This document shows positions 15,001 through 30,000 of a DNA stretch of 64,000 bases, in pieces. The notes under the pieces were generated by a model. That model had not been told where the DNA came from, did no database searches, and saw nothing but the letters and a program-made list of their open reading frames with translations. A program made the translations under genes and the position numbers. Origin of the DNA: Eledone cirrhosa (Eukaryota); NCBI GenBank assembly GCA_964016885.1, contig OZ024743.1, positions 332,568,001 to 332,632,000 of the forward strand, written 5' to 3'. Position 1 is the stretch's first letter. Each line of letters begins with the position of its first letter.

Positions 15001-18000
15001 GAGATAGGGAGGGACCAGATATAGGGCAGGAAATATTGAGAGAAAGGGAGAGACCAGATATATCGGAGGAAATACTGAGAGAAAGGGAGGGACCAGATAT
15101 AGGGCAGGAAATATTTAGAGAAAAAGAGTGACCAGATATAAGGCAGGGAATATTGAGAGTAAGGGAGGGACCAGATATAAGGCAGCAATATTGAGAGAAA
15201 GGGAGGGGCAGATATAAGGCAGGAAATATTTAGAGATAGGGAGAGACAAGATATAGGGCAGGAAATATTGAGAGATCGGGAGGGACCAGATATAGCGGAG
15301 GAAATACTGAGAGAAGGGGGGGGACCAGATATAAGGCAGGAAATACTGAGAGAAATGAAGGGACCAGATATAAGGCAGGAAATACTGAGGGGAAAGGGAG
15401 GGACGAGTTATAAGGCATGAGATACTGAGAGAAAGGGAGGGACCAGATATCAGGCAGGAAATACTGAGAACAAGGAGGAGACCAGATATAAGGCAGGAAA
15501 TACTGAGAGATAGGAAGGGACCAGATATAAGGAAAGAACTACTGAGAGAAGAGGAGGGACCACATATAAGGCAGGAAATATTGAGAGAAAGGGAGAGACC
15601 AGATATAGGGCAGGAAATACTGAGAGAAAGGAGGGACCAGATATAAGGCAGGAAATATTGATAGAAAGGGAGGGACCAGATATAGGGCAGGGAATATTGG
15701 GAGAAAGGGAGGGACCAGATATAGGGGACGAAATATTGAGAGAAAGGGAGGGACAAGATATTAGGGAGGAAATATGGAGAGAAAGGGAGGGACCAGATAT
15801 AGGGGAGGAAATATTGAGAGAAAGGTACGGACCAGATATAGGGCAGGAAATACTGAGAGAACGGGAGGGACTAGGTATAAGGCAGGAAATATTGAGAGAA
15901 AGGGAGAAACCAGATATAGGGGAGGGAATATTGGGAGAAAGGCAGGGAACAGATATAGGGCAGGAAATACTTAGAGAAAGGGACATACCAGATATAAGGC
16001 AGGAAATATTGAGAGAAAGGGAGAGACAAGATATAAGGGAGGAAATATTGAGAGAAATGGAGGGACCAGATATAGGGCAGGAAATATTGAGGGAAAGGGA
16101 GGGACCAGATATAGAGCAGGAAATACTGAGAGAAAGGGAAAGACCAGATATAGGACAGGAAACATTTAGAGAAAAGGAGACACCAGATATAGCGCAGGAA
16201 ATATTGAGAGAAAGTGAGGGACCAGATACAAGGCAGCGAATATTGAGAGTAAGGGAGGGACCAGATATAGGGCAGGAAATACTGAGAGAAAGGGAGGTAC
16301 CAGATATAAGGCAGGAAATAATGAGAGAAAGGGAGGTACCAGATATAAGGCAGGAAATAATGAGAGAAAGGGGGGGACCAGATATAGTACAGGAAATACT
16401 GAGAGAAAGAGAGGGACCAGATATAAGGGTGGAAATATGGAAAGAAAGCGAGCGACCAGATATAGGGGATGAAATATTGAGAGAAAGGGAGGGACAAGAT
16501 ATAGGGCAGGAAATATTGAGAGAAAGGGAGGGACCAGATATAGGGCAGGAAATACTGAGAGAAAGGGAGGGACCACATATAGGGCAGGAAATACTGAGAG
16601 AAAGGGAAAGACCAGATATAGGGCAGGAAATATTGAGAGAAAAGGAGAGACCAGATATAGTGGAGGAAATACTGAGAGAAAGGGAGGGACCAGATATAGG
16701 GCAGGAAATACTGAGAGATAGGGAGGGACCAGATATAGGGCAGGAAATATTGAGATAAAGGGAGAGACCAGATATAGTGGAGGAAATACTGAGAGAAAGG
16801 GAGGGACCAGATATAGGGCAGGAAATACTGGGAGATAGGGAGGGACCAGATATAGGGCAGGAAATATTGAGAGAAAGGGAGTGATAAGATATAGGCAGGA
16901 AATATTGAGAGAAAGCGAGAGACCAGATATAGCGCAGGAAATACTGAGAGAGAGGGAGGGACCAGATATAGGGCAGGAAATATTGAGAGATAGGGAGGGA
17001 CCAGATATAAGGCAGGAAATACTGAGAGAAAGGGAGTGACCAGATATAAGGCAGGGAATATTGAGAGTAAGGGAGGGACCAGATATAAGGCAGGGTATAT
17101 TGAGAGAAAGGGAGGGACCAGATATAAAGCAGGAAATATTGAGCGATAGGGACAGACAAGATATAGGGCAGGAAATATTGAGAGATCGGGAGGGACCAGA
17201 TATAGCGGAGGAAATACTGAGAGAAGGGGGGGACCAGATATAAGGCTGGAAATACTGAGAGAAATGAAGGGACCAGAAATAAGGCAGGAAATACTGAGGG
17301 AAAGGGAGGGACGAGTTATAAGGCATGAGATACTGAGAGAAAGGGAGGGACCAGATATCAGGCAGGAAATACTGAGAACAAGGAGGAGACCAGATATAAG
17401 GCGGGAAATACTGAGAGATAGGGAGGGACCAGATATAAGGAAAGAACTTCTGAGAGAAGAGGAGGGACCAGATATAAGGCAGGAAATACTAAGAGAAAAG
17501 GAGGGACCAGATATAAGGCAGGAAATATTGAGAGAAAGGGAGAGACCAGATATAGGGCAGGAAATACTGAGAGAAAGGGAGCGACCAGATATAAGGCAGG
17601 AAATATTGAGAGAAAGGGAGGGACCAGATATAGGGCAGGGAATATTGGGAGAAAGGGAGGAACCAGATATAGGGCAGGGAATATTGAGACAAAGTGAGGG
17701 ACCAGATATAGGGGAGGAAATATTGAGAGATAGGGAGAGACCAATATAGGGCAGGAAATACTGCGAGATAAGGAGGGACCAGATATAAGGCAGGAAATAC
17801 TGAGAGAAAGGAAAGGACCAGATATAAGGCAGGAAATACTGAGAGAAAGGAAGGGACCAGATATAAGGCAGTGAGAGAAAGCGAGGGTCCAGATATAAGG
17901 CAGGAAATAGATAGAAAGGAAGGGACCAGATATAAGGCATGAAATATTGAGAGAAAGGGAGGGACCATATATAAGGCAGGGAATATTGAGAGAAAGGTAG

Positions 18001-21000
18001 GGACCAGATATAAGTCAGAGAATAATAAGAGAAAGAGAGGGACCAGATATAAGGCAGGAAATATTGAGAGAAAAGGGGGGACCAGATATAGGGGAGGAAA
18101 TATTGAGAGAAAGGGAGGGACCAGATATAGAGCAGGAAATATTGAGAGAAAGGGAGAGAACAGATATAGGGTAGGAAATATTGAGAGAAAGGGAGGCACC
18201 AGATATAAGGCAGGAGATATTGGAGATAGGGAGGGACCAGATATAGGGGAGGAAATATTGAGAGAAAGGGAGAGACCAGATATAGGGGAGGAAATATTGA
18301 GAGAAAGGGAGGCACCAGATATAAGGCAGGAAATATTGAGAGAATGGGAGACCAGATATAGGGGAGGAAATATTGAGAGAAAGGGAGGGACCAGATATAG
18401 GGCAGTAAATATTGAGAGAAAGGGAGGGACTAGATATAGGGCAGGAAATATTGAGAGAAAGGGAGGGACCAGATAGAGGGCAGGAAATATTGAAAGAAAG
18501 GGAGAGACCAGAAATAGGGGAGGAAATATTGAGAGAAAGGGAGAGACCAGATATAGTGGAGGAAATATTGAGAGAAAGGGAGGGACCAGATATAGGGGAG
18601 GAAATATTGAGAGAAAGGGAGAGACCAGATATAGGGCAGGAAATATTCAGAGAAAGGGACACCAGATATAACGCAGGAAATATTGAGCGATAGGGAGGGA
18701 CCACATATAGGGCAGGAAATATTGAGAGAAAGGGAGGGACCAGATATAGGGGAGGAAATGTTGAGAGAAAGGGAGGGACCAGATCTAGGGCAGGAAATAT
18801 TGAGAGAAAGGGAGGGACCAGATATAGGGCAGGAAATATTGAGAGAAAGGGAGGGACCAGATATAGGGCAGGAAATATTGAGACAAAAAAGGGACCAGAT
18901 ATAGGGCAGGAAATATTGAGACAAAGGGAGGGACCAGATATAAGGCAGGAAATATTGAGAGAAAGGGAGAGACCAGATATTAGGGAGGAAATATTGAGAG
19001 TAAGGGAGTGACCAGATATAAGGCAGGGAATATTGAGAGAAAGGTAGGGACCAGATATAAGTCAGAGAATAATAAGAGAAACAGAGGGACCAGATATAAG
19101 GCAGGAAATATTGAGAGAAAAGGGGGGACCAGATATAGGGGAGGAAATATTGAGAGAAAGGGAGGGACCAGATATAGAGCAGGAAATATTGAGAGAAAGG
19201 GAGAGAACAGATATAGGGTAGGAAATATTGAGAGAAAGGGAGGCACCAGATATAAGGCAGGAGATATTGGAGATAGGGAGGGACCAGATATAGGGGATGA
19301 AATATTGAGAGAAAGGGAGAGACCAGATATAGGGGAGGAAATATTGAGAGAAAGGGAGGCACCAGATATAAGGCAGGAAATATTGAGAGAATGGGAGACC
19401 AGATATAGGGGAGGAAATATTGAGAGAAAGGGAGGGACCAGATATAGGGCAGTAAATATTGAGAGAAAGGGAGGGACTAGATATAGGGCAGGAAATATTG
19501 AGAGAAAGGGAGGGACCAGATATAGGGCAGGAAATATTGAAAGAAAGGGAGAGACCAGAAATAGGGGAGGAAATATTGAGAGAAAGGGAGAGACCAGATA
19601 TAGTGGAGGAAATATTGAGAGAAAGGGAGGGACCAGATATAGGGGAGGAAATATTGAGAGAAAGGGAGAGACCAGATATAGGGCAGGAAATATTCAGAGA
19701 AAGGGACACCAGATATAACGCAGGAAATATTGAGCGATAGGGAGGGACCACATATAGGGCAGGAAATATTGAGAGAAAGGGAGGGACCAGATATAGGGGA
19801 GGAAATGTTGAGAGAAAGGGAGGGACCAGATCTAGGGCAGGAAATATTGAGAGAAAGGGAGGGACCAGATATAGGGCAGGAAATATTGAGAGAAAGGGAG
19901 GGACCAGATATAGGGCAGGAAATATTGAGACAAAAAAGGGACCAGATATAGGGCAGGAAATATTGAGACAAAGGGAGGGACCAGATATAAGGCAGGAAAT
20001 ATTGAGAGAAAGGGAGAGACCAGATATTAGGGAGGAAATATTGAGAGTAAGGGAGTGACCAGATATAAGGCAGGGAATATTGAGAGAAAGGGAGGGACCA
20101 GATACAAGGCAGGAAATACTGAGAGAAAGGGAGGGACCAGATATAAGGCAGGGAATATTGAGAGAAAGGGAGGGACCAGATATAAGGCAGGGAATATTGA
20201 GAGAAAGGGAGGGACCAGATATATGGCAGGAAATACTGAAAGAAAGGGAGGGACCAGATATAACGAAGGAAATATTGAGAGAAAGGGATAGACCAGATAT
20301 AGGGGAGAAAATATTGAGACAAAGGTAGGCACCATATATAGGGGAGGAAATACTGAGAGAAGGGAGAGACCAGATATAAGGCAGGAAATACTGGGAGATA
20401 GGGAGGGACCAGATATAGGGCAGGAAATATTGAGACAAAGGCAGGGACCAGCTATAGGGCAGGAAATATTGAGAGAAAGGGAGAGACCAGATACAGGGCA
20501 GGAAATACTGAGAGAAAGAGAGGGACCAGATATAAGGGAGGAAATATGGAGGAACAGGGAGGGACCAGATATAGGGGAGGAAATATTGAGAGAAAGGGAG
20601 GGACCAGATATAGGGCAGGAAATAATGAGAGAAAGGGACACCAGATATAACGCAGGAAATATTGAGCGATAGGGAGGGACCACATATAGGGCAGGAAATA
20701 CTGAGAGAAAGGGAAAGACCAGATATAGGGCAGGAAATATTGAGAGAAAAGGAGAGACCAGATATAGTGGAGGAAATACTGAGAGAAAGGGAGGGACCAG
20801 ATATAGGGCAGGAAATACTGAGAGATAGGGAGGGACCAGATATAGGGCAGGAAATATTGAGATAAAGGGAGAGACCAGATATAGTGGAGGAAATACTGAG
20901 AGAAAGGGAGGGACCAGATATAGGGCAGGAAATACTGGGAGATAGGGAGGGACCAGATATAGGGCAGGAAATATTGAGAGAAAGGGAGTGACAAGATATA

Positions 21001-24000
21001 GGCAGGAAATATTGAGAGAAAGCGAGAGACCAGATATAGCGCAGGAAATACTGAGAGAGAGGGAGGGACCAGATATAGGGCAGGAAATATTGAGAGATAG
21101 GGAGGGACCAGATATAAGGCAGGAAATACTGAGAGAAAGGGAGTGACCAGATATAAGGCAGGGAATATTGAGAGTAAGGGAGGGACCAGATATAAGGCAG
21201 GGTATATTGAGAGAAAGGGAGGGACCAGATATAAAGCAGGAAATATTGAGCGATAGGGACAGACAAGATATAGGGCAGGAAATATTGAGAGATCGGGAGG
21301 GACCAGATATAGCGGAGGAAATACTGAGAGAAGGGGGGGACCAGATATAAGGCTGGAAATACTGAGAGAAATGAAGGGACCAGAAATAAGGCAGGAAATA
21401 CTGAGGGAAAGGGAGGGATGAGTTATAAGGCATGAGATACTGAGAGAAAGGGAGGGACCAGATATCAGGCAGGAAATACTGAGAACAAGGAGGAGACCAG
21501 ATATAAGGCGGGAAATACTGAGAGATAGGGAGGGACCAGATATAAGGAAAGAACTTCTGAGAGAAGAGGAGGGACCAGATATAAGGCAGGAAATACTAAG
21601 AGAAAAGGAGGGACCAGATATAAGGCAGGAAATATTGAGAGAAAGGGAGAGACCAGATATAGGGCAGGAAATACTGAGAGAAAGGGAGCGATCAGATATA
21701 AGGCAGGAAATATTGAGAGAAAGGGAGGGACCAGATATAGGGCAGGGAATATTGGGAGAAAGGGAGGAACCAGATATAGGGCAGGGAATATTGAGACAAA
21801 GTGAGGGACCAGATATAGGGGAGGAAATATTGAGAGATAGGGAGAGACCAATATAGGGCAGGAAATACTGCGAGATAAGGAGGGACCAGATATAAGGCAG
21901 GAAATACTGAGAGAAAGGAAAGGACCAGATATAAGGCAGGAAATACTGAGAGAAAGGAAGGGACCAGATATAAGGCAGTGAGAGAAAGCGAGGGTCCAGA
22001 TATAAGGCAGGAAATAGATAGAAAGGAAGGGACCAGATATAAGGCATGAAATATTGAGAGAAAGGGAGGGACCATATATAAGGCAGGGAATATTGAGAGA
22101 AAGGTAGGGACCAGATATAAGTCAGAGAATAATAAGAGAAAGAGAGGGACCAGATATAAGGCAGGAAATATTGAGAGAAAAGGGGGGACCAGATATAGGG
22201 GAGGAAATATTGAGAGAAAGGGAGGGACCAGATATAGAGCAGGAAATATTGAGAGAAAGGGAGAGAACAGATATAGGGTAGGAAATATTGAGAGAAAGGG
22301 AGGCACCAGATATAAGGCAGGAGATATTGGAGATAGGGAGGGACCAGATATAGGGGAGGAAATATTGAGAGAAAGGGAGAGACCAGATATAGGGGAGGAA
22401 ATATTGAGAGAAAGGGAGGCACCAGATATAAGGCAGGAAATATTGAGAGAATGGGAGACCAGATATAGGGGAGGAAATATTGAGAGAAAGGGAGGGACCA
22501 GATATAGGGCAGTAAATATTGAGAGAAAGGGAGGGACTAGATATAGGGCAGGAAATATTGAGAGAAAGGGAGGGACCAGATATAGGGCAGGAAATATTGA
22601 AAGAAAGGGAGAGACCAGAAATAGGGGAGGAAATATTGAGAGAAAGGGAGAGACCAGATATAGTGGAGGAAATATTGAGAGAAAGGGAGGGACCAGATAT
22701 AGGGGAGGAAATATTGAGAGAAAGGGAGAGACCAGATATAGGGCAGGAAATATTCAGAGAAAGGGACACCAGATATAACGCAGGAAATATTGAGCGATAG
22801 GGAGGGACCACATATAGGGCAGGAAATATTGAGAGAAAGGGAGGGACCAGATATAGGGGAGGAAATGTTGAGAGAAAGGGAGGGACCAGATCTAGGGCAG
22901 GAAATATTGAGAGAAAGGGAGGGACCAGATATAGGGCAGGAAATATTGAGAGAAAGGGAGGGACCAGATATAGGGCAGGAAATATTGAGACAAAAAAGGG
23001 ACCAGATATAGGGCAGGAAATATTGAGACAAAGGGAGGGACCAGATATAAGGCAGGAAATATTGAGAGAAAGGGAGAGACCAGATATTAGGGAGGAAATA
23101 TTGAGAGTAAGGGAGTGACCAGATATAAGGCAGGGAATATTGAGAGAAAGGTAGGGACCAGATATAAGTCAGAGAATAATAAGAGAAACAGAGGGACCAG
23201 ATATAAGGCAGGAAATATTGAGAGAAAAGGGGGGACCAGATATAGGGGAGGAAATATTGAGAGAAAGGGAGGGACCAGATATAGAGCAGGAAATATTGAG
23301 AGAAAGGGAGAGAACAGATATAGGGTAGGAAATATTGAGAGAAAGGGAGGCACCAGATATAAGGCAGGAGATATTGGAGATAGGGAGGGACCAGATATAG
23401 GGGAGGAAATATTGAGAGAAAGGGAGAGACCAGATATAGGGGAGGAAATATTGAGAGAAAGGGAGGCACCAGATATAAGGCAGGAAATATTGAGAGAATG
23501 GGAGACCAGATATAGGGGAGGAAATATTGAGAGAAAGGGAGGGACCAGATATAGGGCAGTAAATATTGAGAGAAAGGGAGGGACTAGATATAGGGCAGGA
23601 AATATTGAGAGAAAGGGAGGGACCAGATATAGGGCAGGAAATATTGAAAGAAAGGGAGAGACCAGAAATAGGGGAGGAAATATTGAGAGAAAGGGAGAGA
23701 CCAGATATAGTGGAGGAAATATTGAGAGAAAGGGAGGGACCAGATATAGGGGAGGAAATATTGAGAGAAAGGGAGAGACCAGATATAGGGCAGGAAATAT
23801 TCAGAGAAAGGGACACCAGATATAACGCAGGAAATATTGAGCGATAGGGAGGGACCACATATAGGGCAGGAAATATTGAGAGAAAGGGAGGGACCAGATA
23901 TAGGGGAGGAAATGTTGAGAGAAAGGGAGGGACCAGATCTAGGGCAGGAAATATTGAGAGAAAGGGAGGGACCAGATATAGGGCAGGAAATATTGAGAGA

Positions 24001-27000
24001 AAGGGAGGGACCAGATATAGGGCAGGAAATATTGAGACAAAAAAGGGACCAGATATAGGGCAGGAAATATTGAGACAAAGGGAGGGACCAGATATAAGGC
24101 AGGAAATATTGAGAGAAAGGGAGAGACCAGATATTAGGGAGGAAATATTGAGAGTAAGGGAGTGACCAGATATAAGGCAGGGAATATTGAGAGAAAGGGA
24201 GGGACCAGATACAAGGCAGGAAATACTGAGAGAAAGGGAGGGACCAGATATAAGGCAGGGAATATTGAGAGAAAGGGAGGGACCAGATATAAGGCAGGGA
24301 ATATTGAGAGAAAGGGAGGGACCAGATATATGGCAGGAAATACTGAAAGAAAGGGAGGGACCAGATATAACGCAGGAAATATTGAGAGAAAGGGATAGAC
24401 CAGATATAGGGGAGAAAATATTGAGACAAAGGTAGGCACCATATATAGGGGAGGAAATACTGAGAGAAGGGAGAGGCCAGATATAAGGCAGGAAATACTG
24501 GGAGATAGGGAGGGACCAGATATAGGGCAGGAAATATTGAGACAAAGGCAGGGACCAGCTATAGGGCAGGAAATATTGAGAGAAAGGGAGAGACCAGATA
24601 TAAGGCAGGATATACTGGGAGATAGGGAGGGACCAGATATAGGGCAGGAAATATTGAGAGAAAGAGAGGGACCATATATAGGGCAGGAAATACTGAGAGA
24701 AAGGGAGGGACCAGATATAAGGCAGGAAATACTGAGGGAAAGGGAGGGACCAGATATAGGGCAGGAAATACTGAGAGAAAGGAAGGGACCAGATATAAGG
24801 CAGGAAATAGATAGAAAGGAAGGGACGAGATATCAGGCATGAAATATTGAGAGAAAGGGAGGGGCCCTATATAAGGCAGGGAATATTGAGAGAAAGGGAG
24901 GGACCAGATATGAGGCAGAGAATGTTGAGAGAAAGGGAGGGACCAGCTATAAGGCAGGAAATACTGAGAGAAAGTGAGGGACCAGATATAGATCAGGAAA
25001 TACTGAGAGAAAGGGAGGGACCAAATATAAGGCAGGAAATATTGAGAGAAAGGGAGAGACCAGATAGAGGGGAGGAAATATTGAGAGAAAGGGAGGGACC
25101 AGATATTAAGGAGGAAATATGGAGAGAAAGAGAGGGAGCAGAAATAGGGGAGGAAATATTAAGAGAAAGTGAGGGACCAGATATAGGGCAGGAAATACTG
25201 AGAGAATGGGAGGGACCAGCCATAATGCAGGAAATATTGATAGAAGGGGAGAGACCAGATATAAGGGAGGAAAGATTGAGACAAAGGGAGGGACCAGATA
25301 TAGTGGAGGAAATATTGAGAGAAAGGTAGGGACCAGATATAGGGCAGGAAATATTGAGAGAAAGGGAAGGACCAGATATAGGGGAGGAAATATTGAGAGA
25401 AAGGGAGAGACCAGATATAGGGGAGGAAATATTGAGAGAAAGGGAGTGACCAGATATTGGGGAGGAAATATTGAGAGAAAGGGAGAGACCAGATATAGGG
25501 GAGGAAATATTGAGAGAAAGGGAGGGACCAGATATAGGGCAGTAAATATTGAGAGAAAGGGAGGGACTAGATATAGGGCAGGAAATATTGACAGAAAGGG
25601 AGGGACCAGATATAGGGCAGGAAATATTTAAAGAAAGGGAGAGACCAGAAATAGGGGAGGAGATATTGAGACAAAAAGAGGGACCAGATATAGGGCAAGA
25701 AATATTGAGAGAAAGGGAGAGAAGAGATATAGGGTAGGAAATGTTGAGAGAAAGGGAGGGACCAGATATAGGGCAGGAAATATTGAGAGAAAGGGAGGGA
25801 CCAGATATAGGGGAGGAAATATTGTGACAAAAAAGGGACCAGATATAGGGCAGGAAATATTGAGACAAAGGGAGAGACCAGATATTAGGGAGGAAATATT
25901 GAGAGAAAGGGAGGGACCAGATATAAGGCTGCAAATACTGAGAGAAAGGGAGGGACCAGATATAAGGCAGGGAATATTGAGAGAAAGGGAGGGACCAGAT
26001 ATAAGGCAGGGAATATTGAGAGAAAGCGAGGGACCAGATATAAGGCAGGAAATACTGAGAGAAAGGGAGGGACCAGATATAAGGCAGGAAATATTGAGAG
26101 AAAGGGAGGGACCAAATATAGGGCAGGAAATATTGAGAGAAAGGGAGGGACCAGATATAGGGCAGGAAATATTGAGACAAAAAAGGGACCAGATATAGGG
26201 CAGGAAATATTGAGACAAAGGGAGGGACCAGATATAAGGCAGGAAATATTGAGAGAAAGGGAGAGACCAGATATTAGGGAGGAAATATTGAGAGTAAGGG
26301 AGTGACCAGATATAAGGCAGGGAATATTGAGAGAAAGGGAGGGACCAGATACAAGGCAGGAAATACTGAGAGAAAGGGAGGGACCAGATATAAGGCAGGG
26401 AATATTGAGAGAAAGGGAGGGACCAGATATAAGGCAGGGAATATTGAGAGAAAGGGAGGGACCAGATATATGGCAGGAAATACTGAAAGAAAGGGAGGGA
26501 CCAGATATAACGCAGGAAATATTGAGAGAAAGGGATAGACCAGATATAGGGGAGAAAATATTGAGACAAAGGTAGGCACCATATATAGGGGAGGAAATAC
26601 TGAGAGAAGGGAGAGACCAGATATAAGGCAGGAAATACTGGGAGATAGGGAGGGACCAGATATAGGGCAGGAAATATTGAGACAAAGGCAGGGACCAGAT
26701 ATAGGGCAGGAAATATTGAGAGAAAGGGAGAGACCAGATATAAGGCAGGATATACTGGGAGATAGGGAGGGACCAGATATAGGGCAGGAAATATTGAGAG
26801 AAAGAGAGGGACCATATATAGGGCAGGAAATACTGAGAGAAAGGGAGGGACCAGATATAAGGCAGGAAATACTGAGGGAAAGGGAGGGACCAGATATAGG
26901 GCAGGAAATACTGAGAGAAAGGAAGGGACCAGATATAAGGCAGGAAATAGATAGAAAGGAAGGGACGAGATATCAGGCATGAAATATTGAGAGAAAGGGA

Positions 27001-30000
27001 GGGGCCCTATATAAGGCAGGGAATATTGAGAGAAAGGGAGGGACCAGATATGAGGCAGAGAATGTTGAGAGAAAGGGAGGGACCAGCTATAAGGCAGGAA
27101 ATACTGAGAGAAAGTGAGGGACCAGATATAGATCAGGAAATACTGAGAGAAAGGGAGGGACCAAATATAAGGCAGGAAATATTGAGAGAAAGGGAGAGAC
27201 CAGATAGAGGGGAGGAAATATTGAGAGAAAGGGAGGGACCAGATATTAAGGAGGAAATATGGAGAGAAAGGGAGGGAGCAGAAATAGGGGAGGAAATATT
27301 AAGAGAAAGTGAGGGACCAGATATAGGGCAGGAAATACTGAGAGAATGGGAGGGACCAGCCATAATGCAGGAAATATTGATAGAAGGGGAGAGACCAGAT
27401 ATAAGGGAGGAAATATTGAGACAAAGGGAGGGACCAGATATAGTGGAGGAAATATTGAGAGAAAGGTAGGGACCAGATATAGGGCAGGAAATATTGAGAG
27501 AAAGGGAAGGACCAGATATAGGGGAGGAAATATTGAGAGAAAGGGAGAGACCAGATATAGGGGAGGAAATATTGAGAGAAAGGGAGTGACCAGATATTGG
27601 GGAGGAAATATTGAGAGAAAGGGAGAGACCAGATATAGGGGAGGAAATATTGAGAGAAAGGGAGGGACCAGATATAGGGCAGTAAATATTGAGAGAAAGG
27701 GAGGGACTAGATATAGGGCAGGAAATATTGACAGAAAGGGAGGGACCAGATATAGGGCAGGAAATATTTAAAGAAAGGGAGAGACCAGAAATAGGGGAGG
27801 AGATATTGAGACAAAAAGAGGGACCAGATATAGGGCAAGAAATATTGAGAGAAAGGGAGAGAAGAGATATAGGGTAGGAAATGTTGAGAGAAAGGGAGGG
27901 ACCAGATATAAGGCTGCAAATACTGAGAGAAAGGGAGGGACCAGATATAAGGCAGGGAATATTGAGAGAAAGGGAGGGACCAGATATAAGGCAGGGAATA
28001 TTGAGAGAAAGCGAGGGACCAGATATAAGGCAGGAAATACTGAGAGAAAGGGAGGGACCAGATATAAGGCAGGAAATATTGAGAGAAAGGGAGGGACCAG
28101 ATATAGGGCAGGAAATATTGAGACAAAGGGAGGGACCAGATATAAGGCAGGAAATATTGAGAGAAAGGGAGGTACCAGATATAAGGCAGGGAATATTGAG
28201 AGAATGCGAGGGACCAGATATGAGGCAGGAAATACTGAGAGAAAGGGAGGGACCAGATATAAGGCAGGAAATATTGAGAGAAAGGGAGGGACCAGATATA
28301 GGGCAGGAAATACTGAAAGAAAGGGAGGGACCAGATATAACGCAGGAAATATTGAGAGAAAGGGATAGACCAGATATAGGGGAGAAAATATTGAGACAAA
28401 GGCAGGCACCAGATATAGGGGAGGAAATACTGAGAGAAGGGAGAGACCAGATATAAGGCAGGAAATACTGGGAGATAGGGAGGGACCAGATATAGGGCAG
28501 GAAATATTGAGACAAAGGCAGGGACCAGATATAGGGCAGGAAATATTGAGAGAAAGAGAGGGACCAGATATAGGGCAGGAAATACTGAGAGAAAGGGAGG
28601 GACCAGATATAAGGCAGGAAATACTGAGAGAAAGGGAGGGACCAGATATAGGGCAGGAAATACTGAGAGAAAGGAAGGGACCAGATATAAGGCAGGAAAT
28701 AGATAGAAAGGAAGGGACGAGATATAAGGCATGAAATATTGAGAGAAAGGGAGGGGCCCTATATAAGGCAGGGAATATTGAGAGAAAGGGAGGGACCAGA
28801 TATGAGGCAGAGAATGTTGCGAGAAAGGAAGGGACCAGCTATAAGGCAGGAAATACTGAGAGAAAGTGAGGTACCAGATATAGATCAGGAAATACTGAGA
28901 GAAAGGGAGGGACCAAATATAAGGCAGGAAATATTCAGAGAAAGGGAGAGACCAGATAGAGGGGAGGAAATATTGAGAGAAAGGGAGGGACCAGATATTA
29001 AGGAGGAAATATGGAGAGAAAGGGAGGGAGCAGAAATAGGGGAGGAAATATTAAGAGAAAGTGAGGGACCAGACATAATGCAGGAAATATTGATAGAAGG
29101 GGAGAGACCAGATATAAGGGAGGAAATATTGAGACAAAGGGAGGGACCAGATATAGGGGATGAAATATTGAGAGAAAGGTAGGGACCAGATATAGGGCAG
29201 GAAATATTGAGAGAAAGGGAAGGACCAGATATAGGGGAGGAAATATTGAGAGAAAGGGAGAGACCAGATATAGGGGAGGAAATATTGAGAGTAAGGGAGG
29301 GACCAGATATAAGGCAGGAAATATTCAGAGAAAGGGAGACCAGATATAGGGGAGGAAATATTGAGAGAAAGGGAGGGACCAGATATAGGGCAGTAAATAT
29401 TGAGAGAAAGGGAGGGACTAGATATAGGGCAGGAAATATTGAGAGAAAGGGAGGGACCAGATATAGGGCAGGAAATATTGAAAGAAAGGGAGAGACCAGA
29501 TATAGGGGAGGAAATATTGTGACAAAAAGAGGGACCAGATATAGGGCAGGAAATATTGAGAGAAAGGGAGAGAAGAGATATAGCGTAGGAAATGTTGAGA
29601 GAAAGGGAGGGGCCAAATATAGGGCAGGAAATATAGGGAGAAAGGGAGAAACTAGATATAGGGGAGGAAATATTGAGACAAAAAGAGGGACCAGATATAG
29701 GGGAGGAAATATTGAGACAAAAAGAGGGACCAGATATAGGGCAGGAAATATTGAGAGAAAGGGAGAGACCAGATATAGGGGAGGAAATATTGAGAGAAAG
29801 GGAGGCACCAGATATAAGGCAGGAAATATTGAGAGAAAGGGAGAGACCAGATATAGGGGAGGAAATATTGAGAGAAAGGGAGACACCAGATATAGGGGAG
29901 GAAATATTGAGAGAAAGGGAGGGACCAGATATAGGGGAGGAAATATTGAGAGAAAAGGAGAGACCACATATAGGGGAGGAAATATTTAGACAAAAAGAGG

